Positions 49,216-60,216 of a DNA stretch of 64,000 bases are shown piece after piece. Source of the DNA: Candidatus Poseidoniaceae archaeon (lineage in GTDB: Archaea > Thermoplasmatota > Poseidoniia > Poseidoniales > Poseidoniaceae); assembly GCA_028353405.1 (NCBI GenBank), contig JAOMOG010000007.1, positions 755 to 64,754 of the forward strand, written 5' to 3'. The position numbers were made by a program, and so were the translations under genes. The notes under the pieces were generated by a model, which did no database searches, was not told the DNA's origin, and worked only from the letters and a program-made list of their open reading frames with translations. Each line of letters begins with the position of its first letter. Within the stretch, counting starts at the first letter, position 1.

Positions 49216-50150
49216 GTGATATGGCAGCAACAAGAGATGGGTATGGGCAAGCATTGCTCGAAATAGCAGATAATCCAAAGGTTGTCGTACTTGAGGCGGA
49301 TTTGGGTAAATCAACAAAATCGTTACATTTCAAGAATAAATATCCTGCACGTACAGTATCATGTGGTATCGGAGAGCAAAACATGCTACTAACCGCTGCA
49401 GGTCTTGCGTCATCTGGTTACATCCCATTCGCAAGTACATTTGCAATCTTTACTGAAAGAGCATTTGAGCAAATGCGTAATGGAGTTGCAAGACCGGATT
49501 TGGCGGTACATTTGTGCGGCAGTCACGGTGGAACTCACACGGGAACTGATGGTTCTAGTGCACAATCGATCGAAGACCTTGCCATTTACCGAACTCTACC
49601 GAATGTTGTAGTTATGCATCCTTCTGATTATGTTTCAACCTTGGAATTAACAAAGCAATTGCCTGAATTGAATAAACCGTCCTATATGAGAACTGCAAGA
49701 AACAAAACTCCTGTAATGTATAGTGGAAGAGAATCCGAAATAGTTATTGGCAAAGGAATCACATTACGCCAGGGAACTGATGTTGCGATTATTGCATGTG
49801 GAGTACTGGTTTCGGAATCGATGAAGGCTGCTGAAATGTTGGCTGAAAAGGGTATCAATGCAACAGTAGTTGACATGCACACCCTAAAACCATTAGATGG
49901 TGCTTTAATTGATTCATTAGTTTCACAATGTGGTGCGCTTGTAACTGCGGAAGACCACAATGTAATCGGTGGGCTAGGTGGCGCTGTTGCAGAACATTTA
50001 GTCACCAATAAATATGCTCCATTGGAAATGGTTGGTGTCGCTGATAGATTCGGTGAATCAGGTCAATCTGATGAGATGTTAGAGGTTATGGGACTCAATT
50101 CAAAATATATAGAACAGGCGGCTCAACGAGCAATTGCAAGAAAATCTTGA
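49212..50150 (+). CDS. Transketolase, C-terminal subunit
   Basis: ADLGKST, GIGEQNM, RAFEQMR, EDHNVIGGLG, DRFGESG; overlaps the N-subunit stop. Confidence 0.93.
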   Translation: MSDMAATRDGYGQALLEIADNPKVVVLEADLGKSTKSLHFKNKYPARTVSCGIGEQNMLLTAAGLASSGYIPFASTFAIFTERAFEQMRNGVARPDLAVHLCGSHGGTHTGTDGSSAQSIEDLAIYRTLPNVVVMHPSDYVSTLELTKQLPELNKPSYMRTARNKTPVMYSGRESEIVIGKGITLRQGTDVAIIACGVLVSESMKAAEMLAEKGINATVVDMHTLKPLDGALIDSLVSQCGALVTAEDHNVIGGLGGAVAEHLVTNKYAPLEMVGVADRFGESGQSDEMLEVMGLNSKYIEQAAQRAIARKS

Positions 50151-50243
50151 ATGATTTTTGTATTAAATCACACTGTTGTCTTTATTGAACTGCTTTTGTT
50201 TGAAAGGGATTAATTCATAGACAACCGGCTATGACACCGTACC

Positions 50244-50903
50244 ATGGAGTTCTTCCTAGATACTGCCGATGTTGACGAAATAAGAGAGATTGCTGCGTGG
50301 GGAATTCTCGACGGTGTAACGACTAACCCTTCTCTAATCAAAAAGAGTGGACGCGATTTCAAAGAAGTAGTGAGAGAGATTGCTGGTATTTGCTCTGGCC
50401 CTATATCTGCTGAAGTTACTGCAATGGATACGGATGGAATGATCGCTCAAGGCCTTGCATTAAAGGCTGATTTACCTGACAATGTAATCATAAAGATTCC
50501 ATGTACTGCAGAGGGTCTAGCAGCAACTAAGGTTCTTAATGAAAAGGGGATTGATACAAATGTCACATTGGTTTTCTCTGCTGCTCAAGCACTAATGGCT
50601 GCAAAGGCAGGAGCAACATATGTTTCACCATTCATCGGAAGAATTGACGACACTGGTCATGATGGAATGAATTTGATCGCCGAAATAATGGAAGTTTGGG
50701 CTAGTTATGACATCTCGACAAAGGTTTTGGCAGCATCTATTCGCCACCCAACTCACGTCCTTCAGTGTATCCAACTAGGAGCTCATACAGCCACAATGCC
50801 AGCAAAAATATTCCGCCAATTAATGAAACATCCACTTACCGATAAGGGGCTTGAAGGTTTCATGAAGGATTGGGCTGCAGTAGAAGCAGCTGGTAATGCA
50901 TGA
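50244..50903 (+). CDS. tal: Transaldolase (short TalC/FSA type)
   Basis: [18 protein letters not shown] (Schiff-base Lys), [20 protein letters not shown]. Confidence 0.93.
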   Translation: MEFFLDTADVDEIREIAAWGILDGVTTNPSLIKKSGRDFKEVVREIAGICSGPISAEVTAMDTDGMIAQGLALKADLPDNVIIKIPCTAEGLAATKVLNEKGIDTNVTLVFSAAQALMAAKAGATYVSPFIGRIDDTGHDGMNLIAEIMEVWASYDISTKVLAASIRHPTHVLQCIQLGAHTATMPAKIFRQLMKHPLTDKGLEGFMKDWAAVEAAGNA

Positions 50904-50979
50904 AGTAGAAAATGAACTTTATATGACGAAGGAGCCTTCATCAAGTAGTGGAGTTCACCTTAAACATGGAGGAAGCATT

Positions 50980-51549
50980 ATGACTAGCACTCAAGAGAAA
51001 TTGGAAATGCTGCTTGACGGGGTTTTGGAACCTTCAGAAATAGCGGAAGATCCTGCTTTAGTCTCGCTCGCAGAGCGTCTTTATGGAATTAAAGTTGCAG
51101 TCGCAAATCCGAAGAAACCTAGAGATATGATCGCATCTCCGCTATCATCTGATATTATTGAAGTATCTCCACCTACAAATATGCTCATAGAAGTCGTTGA
51201 ACCGATTGCTGGCCCACTCCCTACGTTAGAGGAATTACCTGATTTGCCACCTGCTCCAGGAATCAGCAGTCGCAGTAAAATGAGTCTAATGTCAAAACTA
51301 ATCTTAGCAGAATTGACAATCATAATCATGAATATATTTGGATTATTTTCATTTGTTTTGGGCGGACTTTGTAAGTCTGACACCCTATGTCCTTCAGATG
51401 GATATACTCGTATTAACTGGCTAAGTATTCACAAAGTTGACAGTGGGTGGGGCTGGTCACAATCTGTGCTAGATATGGCAATTGGAATTCCCGACATCAT
51501 TGCCCTTTCATTAGGAATTATAGGATTCTGGTATTTCAGTCGAAAGTGA
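50980..51549 (+). CDS. Hypothetical membrane protein (2 TM)
   Basis: ATG 50980 with GGAGGA upstream; two hydrophobic segments with a Cys-pair loop. Confidence 0.65.
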   Translation: MTSTQEKLEMLLDGVLEPSEIAEDPALVSLAERLYGIKVAVANPKKPRDMIASPLSSDIIEVSPPTNMLIEVVEPIAGPLPTLEELPDLPPAPGISSRSKMSLMSKLILAELTIIIMNIFGLFSFVLGGLCKSDTLCPSDGYTRINWLSIHKVDSGWGWSQSVLDMAIGIPDIIALSLGIIGFWYFSRK

Positions 51550-51553
51550 TAGC

Positions 51554-51847
51554 ATGCTATCAGGCATAGATACTGAGTTCGTGGCATATATAGGGATGTT
51601 TCTGATCTTACTTGCATTCTTCTTAGAAACGCGTAATAAGTTGCATAGTAAGGATAAGCCCTATCTTTTCTTGATGGCAATTGGTTCTGCATTGTTGGCA
51701 ATACGCGCATATCTCATTGAGGAGTGGGCATTCTTAATTCTTGAATTAGCATGGTTCTCAACAGCATTTTTAGGGATTTTAGTGAGTGGAAATTCAAAAC
51801 CCACTCTGGATGTAGAAATTGAACTAAAATCATCAATAGATGAATAG
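51554..51847 (+). CDS. Small 3-TM membrane protein (PQ-loop/SemiSWEET-like size)
   Basis: 97 aa, three hydrophobic helices, IG..LILLAF...Y...GS.LL pattern. Confidence 0.65.
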   Translation: MLSGIDTEFVAYIGMFLILLAFFLETRNKLHSKDKPYLFLMAIGSALLAIRAYLIEEWAFLILELAWFSTAFLGILVSGNSKPTLDVEIELKSSIDE

Positions 51848-51972
51848 AGACTAATTTAATTCACAACGATAGAAATTTCTAGGTTGGACACTGGATTCTG
51901 TTCGTTTAAACAACCGATTTGTCATCGCTTGAAGCGTCATGTTGATGAGCGAGTGATGGTCGAGAGGGTTTC

Positions 51973-53502
51973 ATGAGCCAAGGACATGGCAAAGCCAAGC
52001 GAGGAATTCCATCTAAGATAGATAATTTCAATGAATGGTATCCATTCATGGTAGAAGCTGCTGAATTAGTTGACAAGCGATATCCGATAAAGGGTATGGA
52101 TGTATGGCGGCCATATGGTTGGAAGACAATGAAACTGATTGATGCACTCACGCATTCTGAGATGGAAAGGACTGACCACGAAGAAGTTCGATTCCCATTA
52201 TTAATCCCTGAAAATCTTCTAGAGAAAGAAAACTCTCTCGTTGCTAAATTAAAGAGAGCGAGAGAAGAAGGCGTAGATGTAGAAGATTTGCGGGAGGAAG
52301 ATGAAGAAGGTGGTTTCAAGAAAGAAGTTTACTGGGTAAAACATGCTGGTGATAATGATTTGGATATCCCTATGTTTTTGAGGCCAACTTCCGAGACTGC
52401 TATGTACACAATGTTTCCTCTTTGGATTAGATCACACAAAGATTTGCCTTTGAAAGTCTACCAGACGGTCAACACCTTCCGCTATGAAACGAAACAAACG
52501 CGTTCATTCATAAGAGTACGAGAAATTCATTTCTTTGAGGCTCATACAGCACACGCTGATGAAGATGGAGCTTCGAGACAAATTGTAGAAGACTTAGAAA
52601 TTGTCAACAATTTGATGCATGACTTATGCCTTCCAGTGATTAAGGCCAAAAGACCAGTCTGGGACACATTCCCAGGAGCATGGTACACAATTGGAATAGA
52701 TGCTATAATGCCTAATGGAAGAACTCTACAAGTTGCTTCTTGCCATCACTATCGTGACCAATGGGCAAAGGCTTTCGATATTACATACGAGAATTTAGAT
52801 GCTCAACAACAACATTGCCACCAAACCACATACGGGATGTCTGAGAGACTACTCGGTGCAATTGTTGGTATGCACGGTGATGATAATGGATTGATTATGC
52901 CTCCAGCAATCGCTCCGTATCAAGTTGTAATCTGTCCAATGATAAAGAAGAACTCAGATGTTGATACAGTCGCAATATCCAATGATATCGCAAAGCAACT
53001 ACGTGCTAATGGACTAAGAGTCAAGGTTGATTCAAGAGATATTAGAGCAGGGCAAAAATACTATGATTGGGAGATTAAAGGTGTACCATTGAGACTCGAT
53101 ATTGGACCTCGGGATGTTGCACAAGGAACTGCATTTGCCTGTAGAAGAACCGGTGGAAAGTTACCATTACCAATAGATGATATTGTCAACGCATGCAGAA
53201 CAGTGTTAAATGAAATTTCAGATGAATTAAGGCTTAGGTCTAACGCACATATGGATGATGTTATTCAACCTCTACCTACTTTTGAAGAAGTTGATGGTAC
53301 ATGGGTTATGAATGGAGAAATTGAAGATGGTAAAATTTACGAAATGGCCTTCGATGGAACTGATTCTCATGCTGAAGTAATAGAGAGAGCAACTTCTTTG
53401 AATTTCCTTGGTGATGCTACTGAAGATTATGAGGAGGATCGTCCTTGTCATATGACTGGTCAAATGACTAGACGTAGAATATTACTTGCAAAGACATACT
53501 GA
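51973..53502 (+). CDS. proS: Proline--tRNA ligase (archaeal/eukaryotic type)
   Basis: FNEWY, LRPTSET, FRYETK.TR.FIRVREI, QTTYGMSERLLG, WEIKGVPLR, terminal AKTY. Confidence 0.96.
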   Translation: MSQGHGKAKRGIPSKIDNFNEWYPFMVEAAELVDKRYPIKGMDVWRPYGWKTMKLIDALTHSEMERTDHEEVRFPLLIPENLLEKENSLVAKLKRAREEGVDVEDLREEDEEGGFKKEVYWVKHAGDNDLDIPMFLRPTSETAMYTMFPLWIRSHKDLPLKVYQTVNTFRYETKQTRSFIRVREIHFFEAHTAHADEDGASRQIVEDLEIVNNLMHDLCLPVIKAKRPVWDTFPGAWYTIGIDAIMPNGRTLQVASCHHYRDQWAKAFDITYENLDAQQQHCHQTTYGMSERLLGAIVGMHGDDNGLIMPPAIAPYQVVICPMIKKNSDVDTVAISNDIAKQLRANGLRVKVDSRDIRAGQKYYDWEIKGVPLRLDIGPRDVAQGTAFACRRTGGKLPLPIDDIVNACRTVLNEISDELRLRSNAHMDDVIQPLPTFEEVDGTWVMNGEIEDGKIYEMAFDGTDSHAEVIERATSLNFLGDATEDYEEDRPCHMTGQMTRRRILLAKTY

Positions 53503-53510
53503 GTGTAACT

Positions 53511-54884
53511 TCACATTCCAAGAGATGATGGATCCATTCCGTCCATATCACCGTCTTTCATCATCTTACGCATTTGCCTGTTGAGTTTACGGTTTCCACC
53601 CATCCCCTTCATCATCTTACGGCTCTTATTCCATTGACCAATTAACTCTCGGACATCCTTTTCACGAACACCCGAGCCTCTTGCTACACGACGAATTCTT
53701 TCAGCCTTAATCTTTGCAGGTTCATTCTTTTCCCATGCAGTCATTGAATCCATAATAGTACGATAACGGTCCAAGTTGGCTTGCATTTCTGCTTTTTGAC
53801 CCTTTGACATAGCACCCATTCCACCCAGCATATTTCCTGGTAAGAATGACATTAATTTGTCAATAGTACCGATTTTAGACATCATTTCCATTTGCTTATA
53901 CATATCATTTAATGTGAATCTACCAGACATCATTCTCTGGGTTAGCCTCATCGCTTCTTCCTGGTCCATATCTTCGGGAGCCAAATCTATGAGTCCCTGA
54001 ATATCCCCCATTCCTAGAAGTCTTGAGATAAATCGGTCGGATTCAAACTTCTCTAAGTCACCAATCCTCTCACCCACACCAATGTGAACTATCGGCGCTC
54101 CTGTTGCTGCTACTGCAGAAAGCGCACCTCCACCTCTTGCTGTACCATCCAATTTTGTGATTACTATACCAGTCACTCCTGCGAGTGAATGGAATGATGC
54201 GGCAACTGGTCCAGCAGCTTGTCCTACTTGTGCATCTATTACCAACCAGCGTTCTGTAGCATTGGTTAAGGCGGAAATTTGTTCTAATTCTTCGACTAAT
54301 TCAGCATCTAATTGATGTCTACCTGCTGTGTCAACTATTACTAGATCACAAGATGCTAATTGTTTCAGCCCATTGCGTACAATGGTTGGTGCATCCTTTG
54401 TTTCTGGCTCACCATAAACAACAACTGTAGATTCTTCTAATAATTGGCATAATTGTTCATATGCACCTGGTCGATGAACGTCTGCTTCTATTACGCCTAC
54501 TCTCAAGCCGTGCTTCTTACGATACCATTCTGCCAATTTTGCAGTTGTAGTAGTTTTTCCTTGACCATATAATCCTACTAGAAGCAAAGTTGCCCCATGA
54601 GGTTGAAATTCATGCTTAGAACCTAATAAGCGAACTAGTTCGGTATAGAGGATATTCATTGCATGTGTTTGTAATGTGATTCCAGGACGTAGTTCTTCAT
54701 CGCGGATACGAGACTCCATTTTTTCGACGATCTCTTTGGTTTGACGTACGTTGAAATCTGCTTCTTGAAGAGACCTGCGCAAACTACGAGTCATTTCTCG
54801 TAATTCTTCATCATCTATCTTTCTCTTAGACTTTAACAATCCAATAGAGCGGAAAATACCCTTGGATAAGCCTTCAAGTGCCAT
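53511..54884 (-). CDS. srp54: Signal recognition particle protein SRP54
   Basis: GLYGQGKTTT, DTAGRH, TKLDGTARGGGALS, SRLLGMGD, Met-rich M domain, RVARGSG. Confidence 0.96.
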   Translation of the reverse strand: MALEGLSKGIFRSIGLLKSKRKIDDEELREMTRSLRRSLQEADFNVRQTKEIVEKMESRIRDEELRPGITLQTHAMNILYTELVRLLGSKHEFQPHGATLLLVGLYGQGKTTTTAKLAEWYRKKHGLRVGVIEADVHRPGAYEQLCQLLEESTVVVYGEPETKDAPTIVRNGLKQLASCDLVIVDTAGRHQLDAELVEELEQISALTNATERWLVIDAQVGQAAGPVAASFHSLAGVTGIVITKLDGTARGGGALSAVAATGAPIVHIGVGERIGDLEKFESDRFISRLLGMGDIQGLIDLAPEDMDQEEAMRLTQRMMSGRFTLNDMYKQMEMMSKIGTIDKLMSFLPGNMLGGMGAMSKGQKAEMQANLDRYRTIMDSMTAWEKNEPAKIKAERIRRVARGSGVREKDVRELIGQWNKSRKMMKGMGGNRKLNRQMRKMMKDGDMDGMDPSSLGM

Positions 54885-54944
54885 GGCTTAGCGTGAAAGC
54901 CGCCACTTTTCAACCCATGCCTATTGAGGGATGGAAATTATTCT

Positions 54945-56192
54945 CTATTGGTCATTAAGAGGAATTTCAAGCCTTAGAACATCGCCTTCTAATTTTGCAT
55001 TTACTTGACTTGCTTTTGTAGAAACTGATGTTTTTACTTCTTTTTCTCTACCATTAAGTCCAACAAAAAGAACTCCTTCTTCGCTTCGTAGTGATAATTC
55101 TTCGCGTTTAATTCCAGGATAATGCAAATATATTATTTCAACACCCTCTCCTAATTCCTTGACCATTCCCCTATGGACCTCATGATGTAAAACAGAACCT
55201 ATAGAATGAGGTCCTAAACCATTATCAATCTCTACAATTGGTCCATACAAGTATTGCCCCACCTCTCTTAGTCTCTCAATCCCAACAACTTCTGTTTCAA
55301 ATAATTCCATGCAAGAAACATCGACTCCGAGACTATCTTTCAACTCTTCAATTATTTCTAATTCAGCATCTCTCCTCGTCTTTAGGAATGGATGGTCGAA
55401 TTCCGGAGTTAGTCTGTTTACTAAGCATCCTCCAATGGGTAAATTAAATTCTTGCAGTGAGTTCTTAGCGCGAATTGTTTCATTGACGCCCATTCTTTCA
55501 GGTATAGTGACCAAAGTAAAGGAAGTAATTTCATCATTGGAAAGGACTCTCCTTACATGCAAAACTCTACGTTGGAACTTTTCAAGTTCATCTTTCATAG
55601 CATCACTTTCCTTTCTGCCAAACATCATTGAACGAATTCCTCCAGAAACCCTCATCATGCGAATTAGTCGATCAGACCACGCTTCAATTAATTCCGGTAA
55701 TGATAAAAATCTCAACGTATGTCCAGTTGGAGCTGTGTCAAATACAATCACATCCCAATTTGGGTCTTCTACGTGCTGCAATAACTCATCAAATGCCATT
55801 GCTTCATCCAAACCGGGCAATACCATATCTGATGTCTTTATTTCCCCCTTTATGTCCTTAATCTCATCCTTGGCGCTAGGATCTAACATCATACCCAGAC
55901 CCCCAAGACCTCCAGAAGAGTTCATTTTCTCCATCGCAGAACCAACTTTTGGCAATAGAGAAGATATTTTTGCCTCAGGGTCCATCTCTAGACCCCATAA
56001 GCCATCAACACCCTCTATTGGTGTTACTTTGCTCCCAATAGTCACTCCTAGCGAATCCGAAGTGGAATGTGCAGGGTCACTGGACACTAACAAAACTCGT
56101 AAACCTGAATCGGCAAGCCAAACTGCAGTTGCTGATGAAGTGGTAGTTTTTCCGACTCCACCTTTGCCGCCAAACAATAACAATCGTGCCAT
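54945..56192 (-). CDS. ArsA/GET3-family ATPase with C-terminal HSP20-like domain
   Basis: GGKGGVGKTT, SSDPAHS, PGLDEA, FDTAPTGHTLRFL, Met-rich insert. C-terminal PGIKREELSL...AKLEGDVLRLEIP. Start set at 56192. Confidence 0.88.
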   Translation of the reverse strand: MARLLLFGGKGGVGKTTTSSATAVWLADSGLRVLLVSSDPAHSTSDSLGVTIGSKVTPIEGVDGLWGLEMDPEAKISSLLPKVGSAMEKMNSSGGLGGLGMMLDPSAKDEIKDIKGEIKTSDMVLPGLDEAMAFDELLQHVEDPNWDVIVFDTAPTGHTLRFLSLPELIEAWSDRLIRMMRVSGGIRSMMFGRKESDAMKDELEKFQRRVLHVRRVLSNDEITSFTLVTIPERMGVNETIRAKNSLQEFNLPIGGCLVNRLTPEFDHPFLKTRRDAELEIIEELKDSLGVDVSCMELFETEVVGIERLREVGQYLYGPIVEIDNGLGPHSIGSVLHHEVHRGMVKELGEGVEIIYLHYPGIKREELSLRSEEGVLFVGLNGREKEVKTSVSTKASQVNAKLEGDVLRLEIPLNDQ

Positions 56193-56327
56193 ATAATCTT
56201 GCCAACAATAGGTTACGCTTGAAGATACGCATAGCATACAACGGCTTAGAGCAATTAACTTGCAAAGTCATCTAATGGAGGCAGATTCATCAATTGATTG
56301 AAGAAGTGAACTCTTCTGCGACATATT

Positions 56328-57092
56328 ATGCTAAGTGAGAACTTGTTGTTTCAGGTAGCAACATTCGTATCTCTAATCGGTATGACTCTCGGTTGGAGAG
56401 GCGTGATGACAAAGTATTCTGGATTTTATGATTTACCAACTGCTTGGAATCAAATGTTCTGGGGAATTATTATTGGAATGGTTTACGCAACCACTTACTA
56501 TAGTTCATTAGTTGATCCATATTTTAAACTCATAGCAGAACTTGAAGGGGCACAAGTCCCTAATCCAGGTTCGCTGTTGATTTTAACCATACTAATGTCG
56601 GTAACTGTCCACATGTTACTACGAAGAGAGCGGGTGCGAAAGGGTGGTTCTCATCCAACCAGTGGATGGGCTTTGGGTCTAGCAATCGGTGGAATGACTT
56701 CAATGGTTTTGATTTTCAGGTTCTTACAAAATGAGGATACTCTCTTTTCAGCAAGATTGTTACTAACTGTTGCAGCCATTGCAATAATTACGCCAAGATG
56801 TGAAGCAATGATTACCGCTCATCAAGGATTTATGATGCTAAATGGAAGGAAATGGGGTGCTATATTTAGATCAACCACTTGGCGAATTGGTTTGTTGGTA
56901 ATGATTCCTTATTCAATTGCCAACCCATTTGGATGGGTTTTTATTGGCTCGATGATAATGATTGTAGACCCGAGAATAGAGGATTGGGTTTGGGCATCTA
57001 TCCCTAAACCGGCAAGACGTAGATTGAGGAGAATTTGGGCCTCAAATGAAAGAGAAAAGCGGTCCAAAAAATCTCTCGGTGAAGAAGAATGA
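56328..57092 (+). CDS. Hypothetical polytopic membrane protein
   Basis: 254 aa, 6-7 hydrophobic segments. Confidence 0.7.
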   Translation: MLSENLLFQVATFVSLIGMTLGWRGVMTKYSGFYDLPTAWNQMFWGIIIGMVYATTYYSSLVDPYFKLIAELEGAQVPNPGSLLILTILMSVTVHMLLRRERVRKGGSHPTSGWALGLAIGGMTSMVLIFRFLQNEDTLFSARLLLTVAAIAIITPRCEAMITAHQGFMMLNGRKWGAIFRSTTWRIGLLVMIPYSIANPFGWVFIGSMIMIVDPRIEDWVWASIPKPARRRLRRIWASNEREKRSKKSLGEEE

Positions 57093-57206
57093 ATAATTTC
57101 CCAATTACTCCAAGTAAGTAAGTATCTACTAAGTGACTTGCCAATAATAATTTGGTGCATTGTCAATTCATAGCAAATAAGGGGTTTTGTGGGCTTTCCG
57201 CTAGCA

Positions 57207-58802
57207 ATGGTTATACAACCCCCGCTTAGCCCAAAAGATATGGGTTCTTGCCCTTATTGCAAAGCAACAACTGAATCGGGAGATTCAATTTGTTATTCAT
57301 GTGGCCGTGTTCTTGCCAATATGAAATCAAGTAACTTTAGACTTGAGCAGCAATTCAATCAAGGAAGCTTGTCATCTTCGTACAAAATGACTCCAAAACC
57401 GACTCAAAGAGGCATGGTTCATACTCATACTGGAAGGTCTAAAAATATCTTAAAACGAAGAAAGAATCGTTTTCGAAGTTTTGTAATGCTATCACTAGTG
57501 GCCTTCATCATGCTATCTCCACAGGCTAGAGAGCACCTATTGGCTGAATGGGCTGGCGTTCAAGAATATATCCAAGATGCTGTGTCGCCATATCACCTAT
57601 ACCCGGTTGAGGCATCATATACACTGGAAAAAACAGTATACGTAACAAATTCTGGAGCACAGGGTTACTTGGTAGAGAATTTGGCAATCCCTCCAGCTGT
57701 CAGTTCTGCACAAGGTTCTGCTTACGGATTTGAGTACACTGATGGCACACCGTCTGAATCTCCTAATTCAATTCAAATGACAACTGCCATTAGCATTTCT
57801 TTTGGAAATGAAAATTACCCGATCCCCACCACCGGTTTACCAACTAAATCTGCTTCTGAGAAATTAGTTACTTCTGGTGGACATGAAATCTGGTGGCCTG
57901 GCGTTGGAATTGGTGCTGATTTTTGTTCTGTTAGCAGTTGTGTCAAAGTATTAGTCAATTTGGCACCAGGTGAATCTAGCAGTTTCACATATTCAGTTGG
58001 AGTTCATTCAACATCTTATTCATGGCATAATGATATGCGGGTTGATTCGAGGATTGCAGGAAAGGATTTAGGAATAAATGTTGAGAATAGTGGAGAATTC
58101 TCTGACGTCTCAAGTAGAGATGATGGGAGGAAGTTCTATGATTTTACAGATGACAAATGGTACGACAGAGGTTCACCTGCAGGATATGCTATCAATTCAC
58201 AGGCAGAAATTGTTCTATCTACTGCAGAATTAATTAGCGCAGATTTACCCGAAGGATTACAAGATAACGCTTATGCATTCTCAAGAGCTGCATTTGATTA
58301 CCTTCACAAGAATGTTGCTTATGATAAATTTGCTCCTAATGTTGCAAGAAGTGGTCCTTCATGTCTTAATGATGGACAAGGCGATTGCGATGAACAAACC
58401 AATGCATTTCTCAGCCTACTACGCGTCAAGGGAATACCAGGCTGGTTTGTTTTCGGCGCGTTGACTGATGCCAACTATGTCAATTGGGAGGCGCATGCAT
58501 GGGGCTATATTCAACTGCCAATGAGTGATCAATGGTGTGATGAAAATAATATTGAACGTAATTCTTGCTTCGTAAACGGTGCTGTCGATGTCGTTAACAA
58601 TAAATGGTTATTGAATACACCAACTGGGTATATTGATTGGATAGAAGAAGCGGATGAAACTGCGACAAAATTGAATAATTTCTATCATCCAGTTACTCAA
58701 ACCAACGGAATTGAAAGAGAACGAAGTTATGCTACTGGTTCCGATTTGGAATTAACAGGTGGAACATATCAGGTTAAAATGTACCCTGAAACATTTAGGT
58801 GA
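57207..58802 (+). CDS. Transglutaminase-like (Cys-His-Asp) protein with N-terminal zinc ribbon and one TM helix
   Basis: CPYC...CYSCG, TM FVMLSLVAFIMLSP, GDCDEQ (Cys), LLRVKGIP, HAW (His), VDV (Asp). Confidence 0.82.
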   Translation: MVIQPPLSPKDMGSCPYCKATTESGDSICYSCGRVLANMKSSNFRLEQQFNQGSLSSSYKMTPKPTQRGMVHTHTGRSKNILKRRKNRFRSFVMLSLVAFIMLSPQAREHLLAEWAGVQEYIQDAVSPYHLYPVEASYTLEKTVYVTNSGAQGYLVENLAIPPAVSSAQGSAYGFEYTDGTPSESPNSIQMTTAISISFGNENYPIPTTGLPTKSASEKLVTSGGHEIWWPGVGIGADFCSVSSCVKVLVNLAPGESSSFTYSVGVHSTSYSWHNDMRVDSRIAGKDLGINVENSGEFSDVSSRDDGRKFYDFTDDKWYDRGSPAGYAINSQAEIVLSTAELISADLPEGLQDNAYAFSRAAFDYLHKNVAYDKFAPNVARSGPSCLNDGQGDCDEQTNAFLSLLRVKGIPGWFVFGALTDANYVNWEAHAWGYIQLPMSDQWCDENNIERNSCFVNGAVDVVNNKWLLNTPTGYIDWIEEADETATKLNNFYHPVTQTNGIERERSYATGSDLELTGGTYQVKMYPETFR

Positions 58803-58806
58803 TAAT

Positions 58807-60216
58807 ATGAGAGTGATAATAGGCGGAGCCGGAAGAGTCGGTACTGATTTGGCCAAAGCATTGAGAGCAGAAGATTTGGATGTAGTCTTAGTTGATTCAG
58901 ATTCCCGTGCAGTAAAAAATGCTCAAAATCTAGATGCTTTGGTCATACATGGTGACTTTGTATCGAGAGAGAAATTGATTGAGGCAGGGATAGCAGAATC
59001 AGAGGTATTTATCGCGGTAACTAATTCTGATGAGAGGAATTTGTTAGCATGTATCTTGGCTGAACATACCAGCAAGGAGTCAGGCGGTAAAAATTTACTA
59101 TCCATATGTCGCGTTAGAGATAACAAATATGTTAAGGAACAAGAACAAGGATATTTGGCAGAATGGGCAAAGGTAGACCACGTTGTAAATCCACTAGATG
59201 GTGCAATAGATCGCCTACATTTAGGTTTGAGAACTCCCGGTATTGAAGAAGTAGTACCTTTCGGACACGATGCATTTGTCATTGAATTGGATGTTACTAA
59301 TGAAGCAACTGACGTTATTTTCCTGAGTCTAAAAGAAGCTGCTCAAAACATTGATGGAGAATTACCGCTAATTATTGGAGTCAAGCGAGAAGGTGAGAAG
59401 AGTATCGTTCCTGACGGTGAATTCGTACTAGTTCCAAATGATAAAATCGCTGTCGCCACTACTGGCACTTCAAGTTTCAACCATATTTTGAGAATCTTTG
59501 GACATCAGCCAAAAAACTTCCCTTCTGCCCCTAAGGTGGCAATTATTGGTGCTAATAAAATTGGACAGAGAGTTGCAGATAAATGGCTATCATCTGGAGC
59601 TTCGGTTACAATGATTGAAAGAAATTTACAAACAGCCAATGATTTTTCAGGAACAAGAACTGGAGCCAATAAGAATATTGAAGTAATTCATGGCGACCAC
59701 TTAGATAGAGAAATGCTGAAGGAGATTGGTATTTCTGAACATGATATTGCAATTGCTGCATTAGAGGGTGATCACGCTTGTATTGCAGCAGCATTATTGG
59801 CTAGTGACATGGGTGTGCAAAGGACCGGTCTAATGCTACATGATGCTGATTTAGTCAAGGTTACTCAACGTATGGGAATTACCTTTGCTGTTGATATGAA
59901 ACGAGTGGCTGTTGATAACTTATTAGCCCTAATTCATACAAAAACTACTGGTGCATATGCATTATTATCAACGATTCCAGAGATTATCGGCATATCGTTG
60001 CCTGTGAAGGAAACTGCAAAATTCTGTGGATTGAAAATATCTGATGCAAATTTCCCTGAATGGATGCGAATTGCATTCATTCAAAGGAGAGTCAGTGTTA
60101 ACAAATGGGAAAATATGAGACCTTCTCCTGATAAGTTAATTATCGAAGGTGACCGATTAACCATGTTCTGTAATCCAGATAGGGTTGCAGAATTGGAAAA
60201 ACGATTCAAGGTATGA
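58807..60216 (+). CDS. trkA: Trk K+ uptake NAD-binding subunit
   Basis: Two RCK domains, GAGRVG, IHGD, AVTNSDERN; adjacent to trkH. Start set at 58807. Confidence 0.9.
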   Translation: MRVIIGGAGRVGTDLAKALRAEDLDVVLVDSDSRAVKNAQNLDALVIHGDFVSREKLIEAGIAESEVFIAVTNSDERNLLACILAEHTSKESGGKNLLSICRVRDNKYVKEQEQGYLAEWAKVDHVVNPLDGAIDRLHLGLRTPGIEEVVPFGHDAFVIELDVTNEATDVIFLSLKEAAQNIDGELPLIIGVKREGEKSIVPDGEFVLVPNDKIAVATTGTSSFNHILRIFGHQPKNFPSAPKVAIIGANKIGQRVADKWLSSGASVTMIERNLQTANDFSGTRTGANKNIEVIHGDHLDREMLKEIGISEHDIAIAALEGDHACIAAALLASDMGVQRTGLMLHDADLVKVTQRMGITFAVDMKRVAVDNLLALIHTKTTGAYALLSTIPEIIGISLPVKETAKFCGLKISDANFPEWMRIAFIQRRVSVNKWENMRPSPDKLIIEGDRLTMFCNPDRVAELEKRFKV

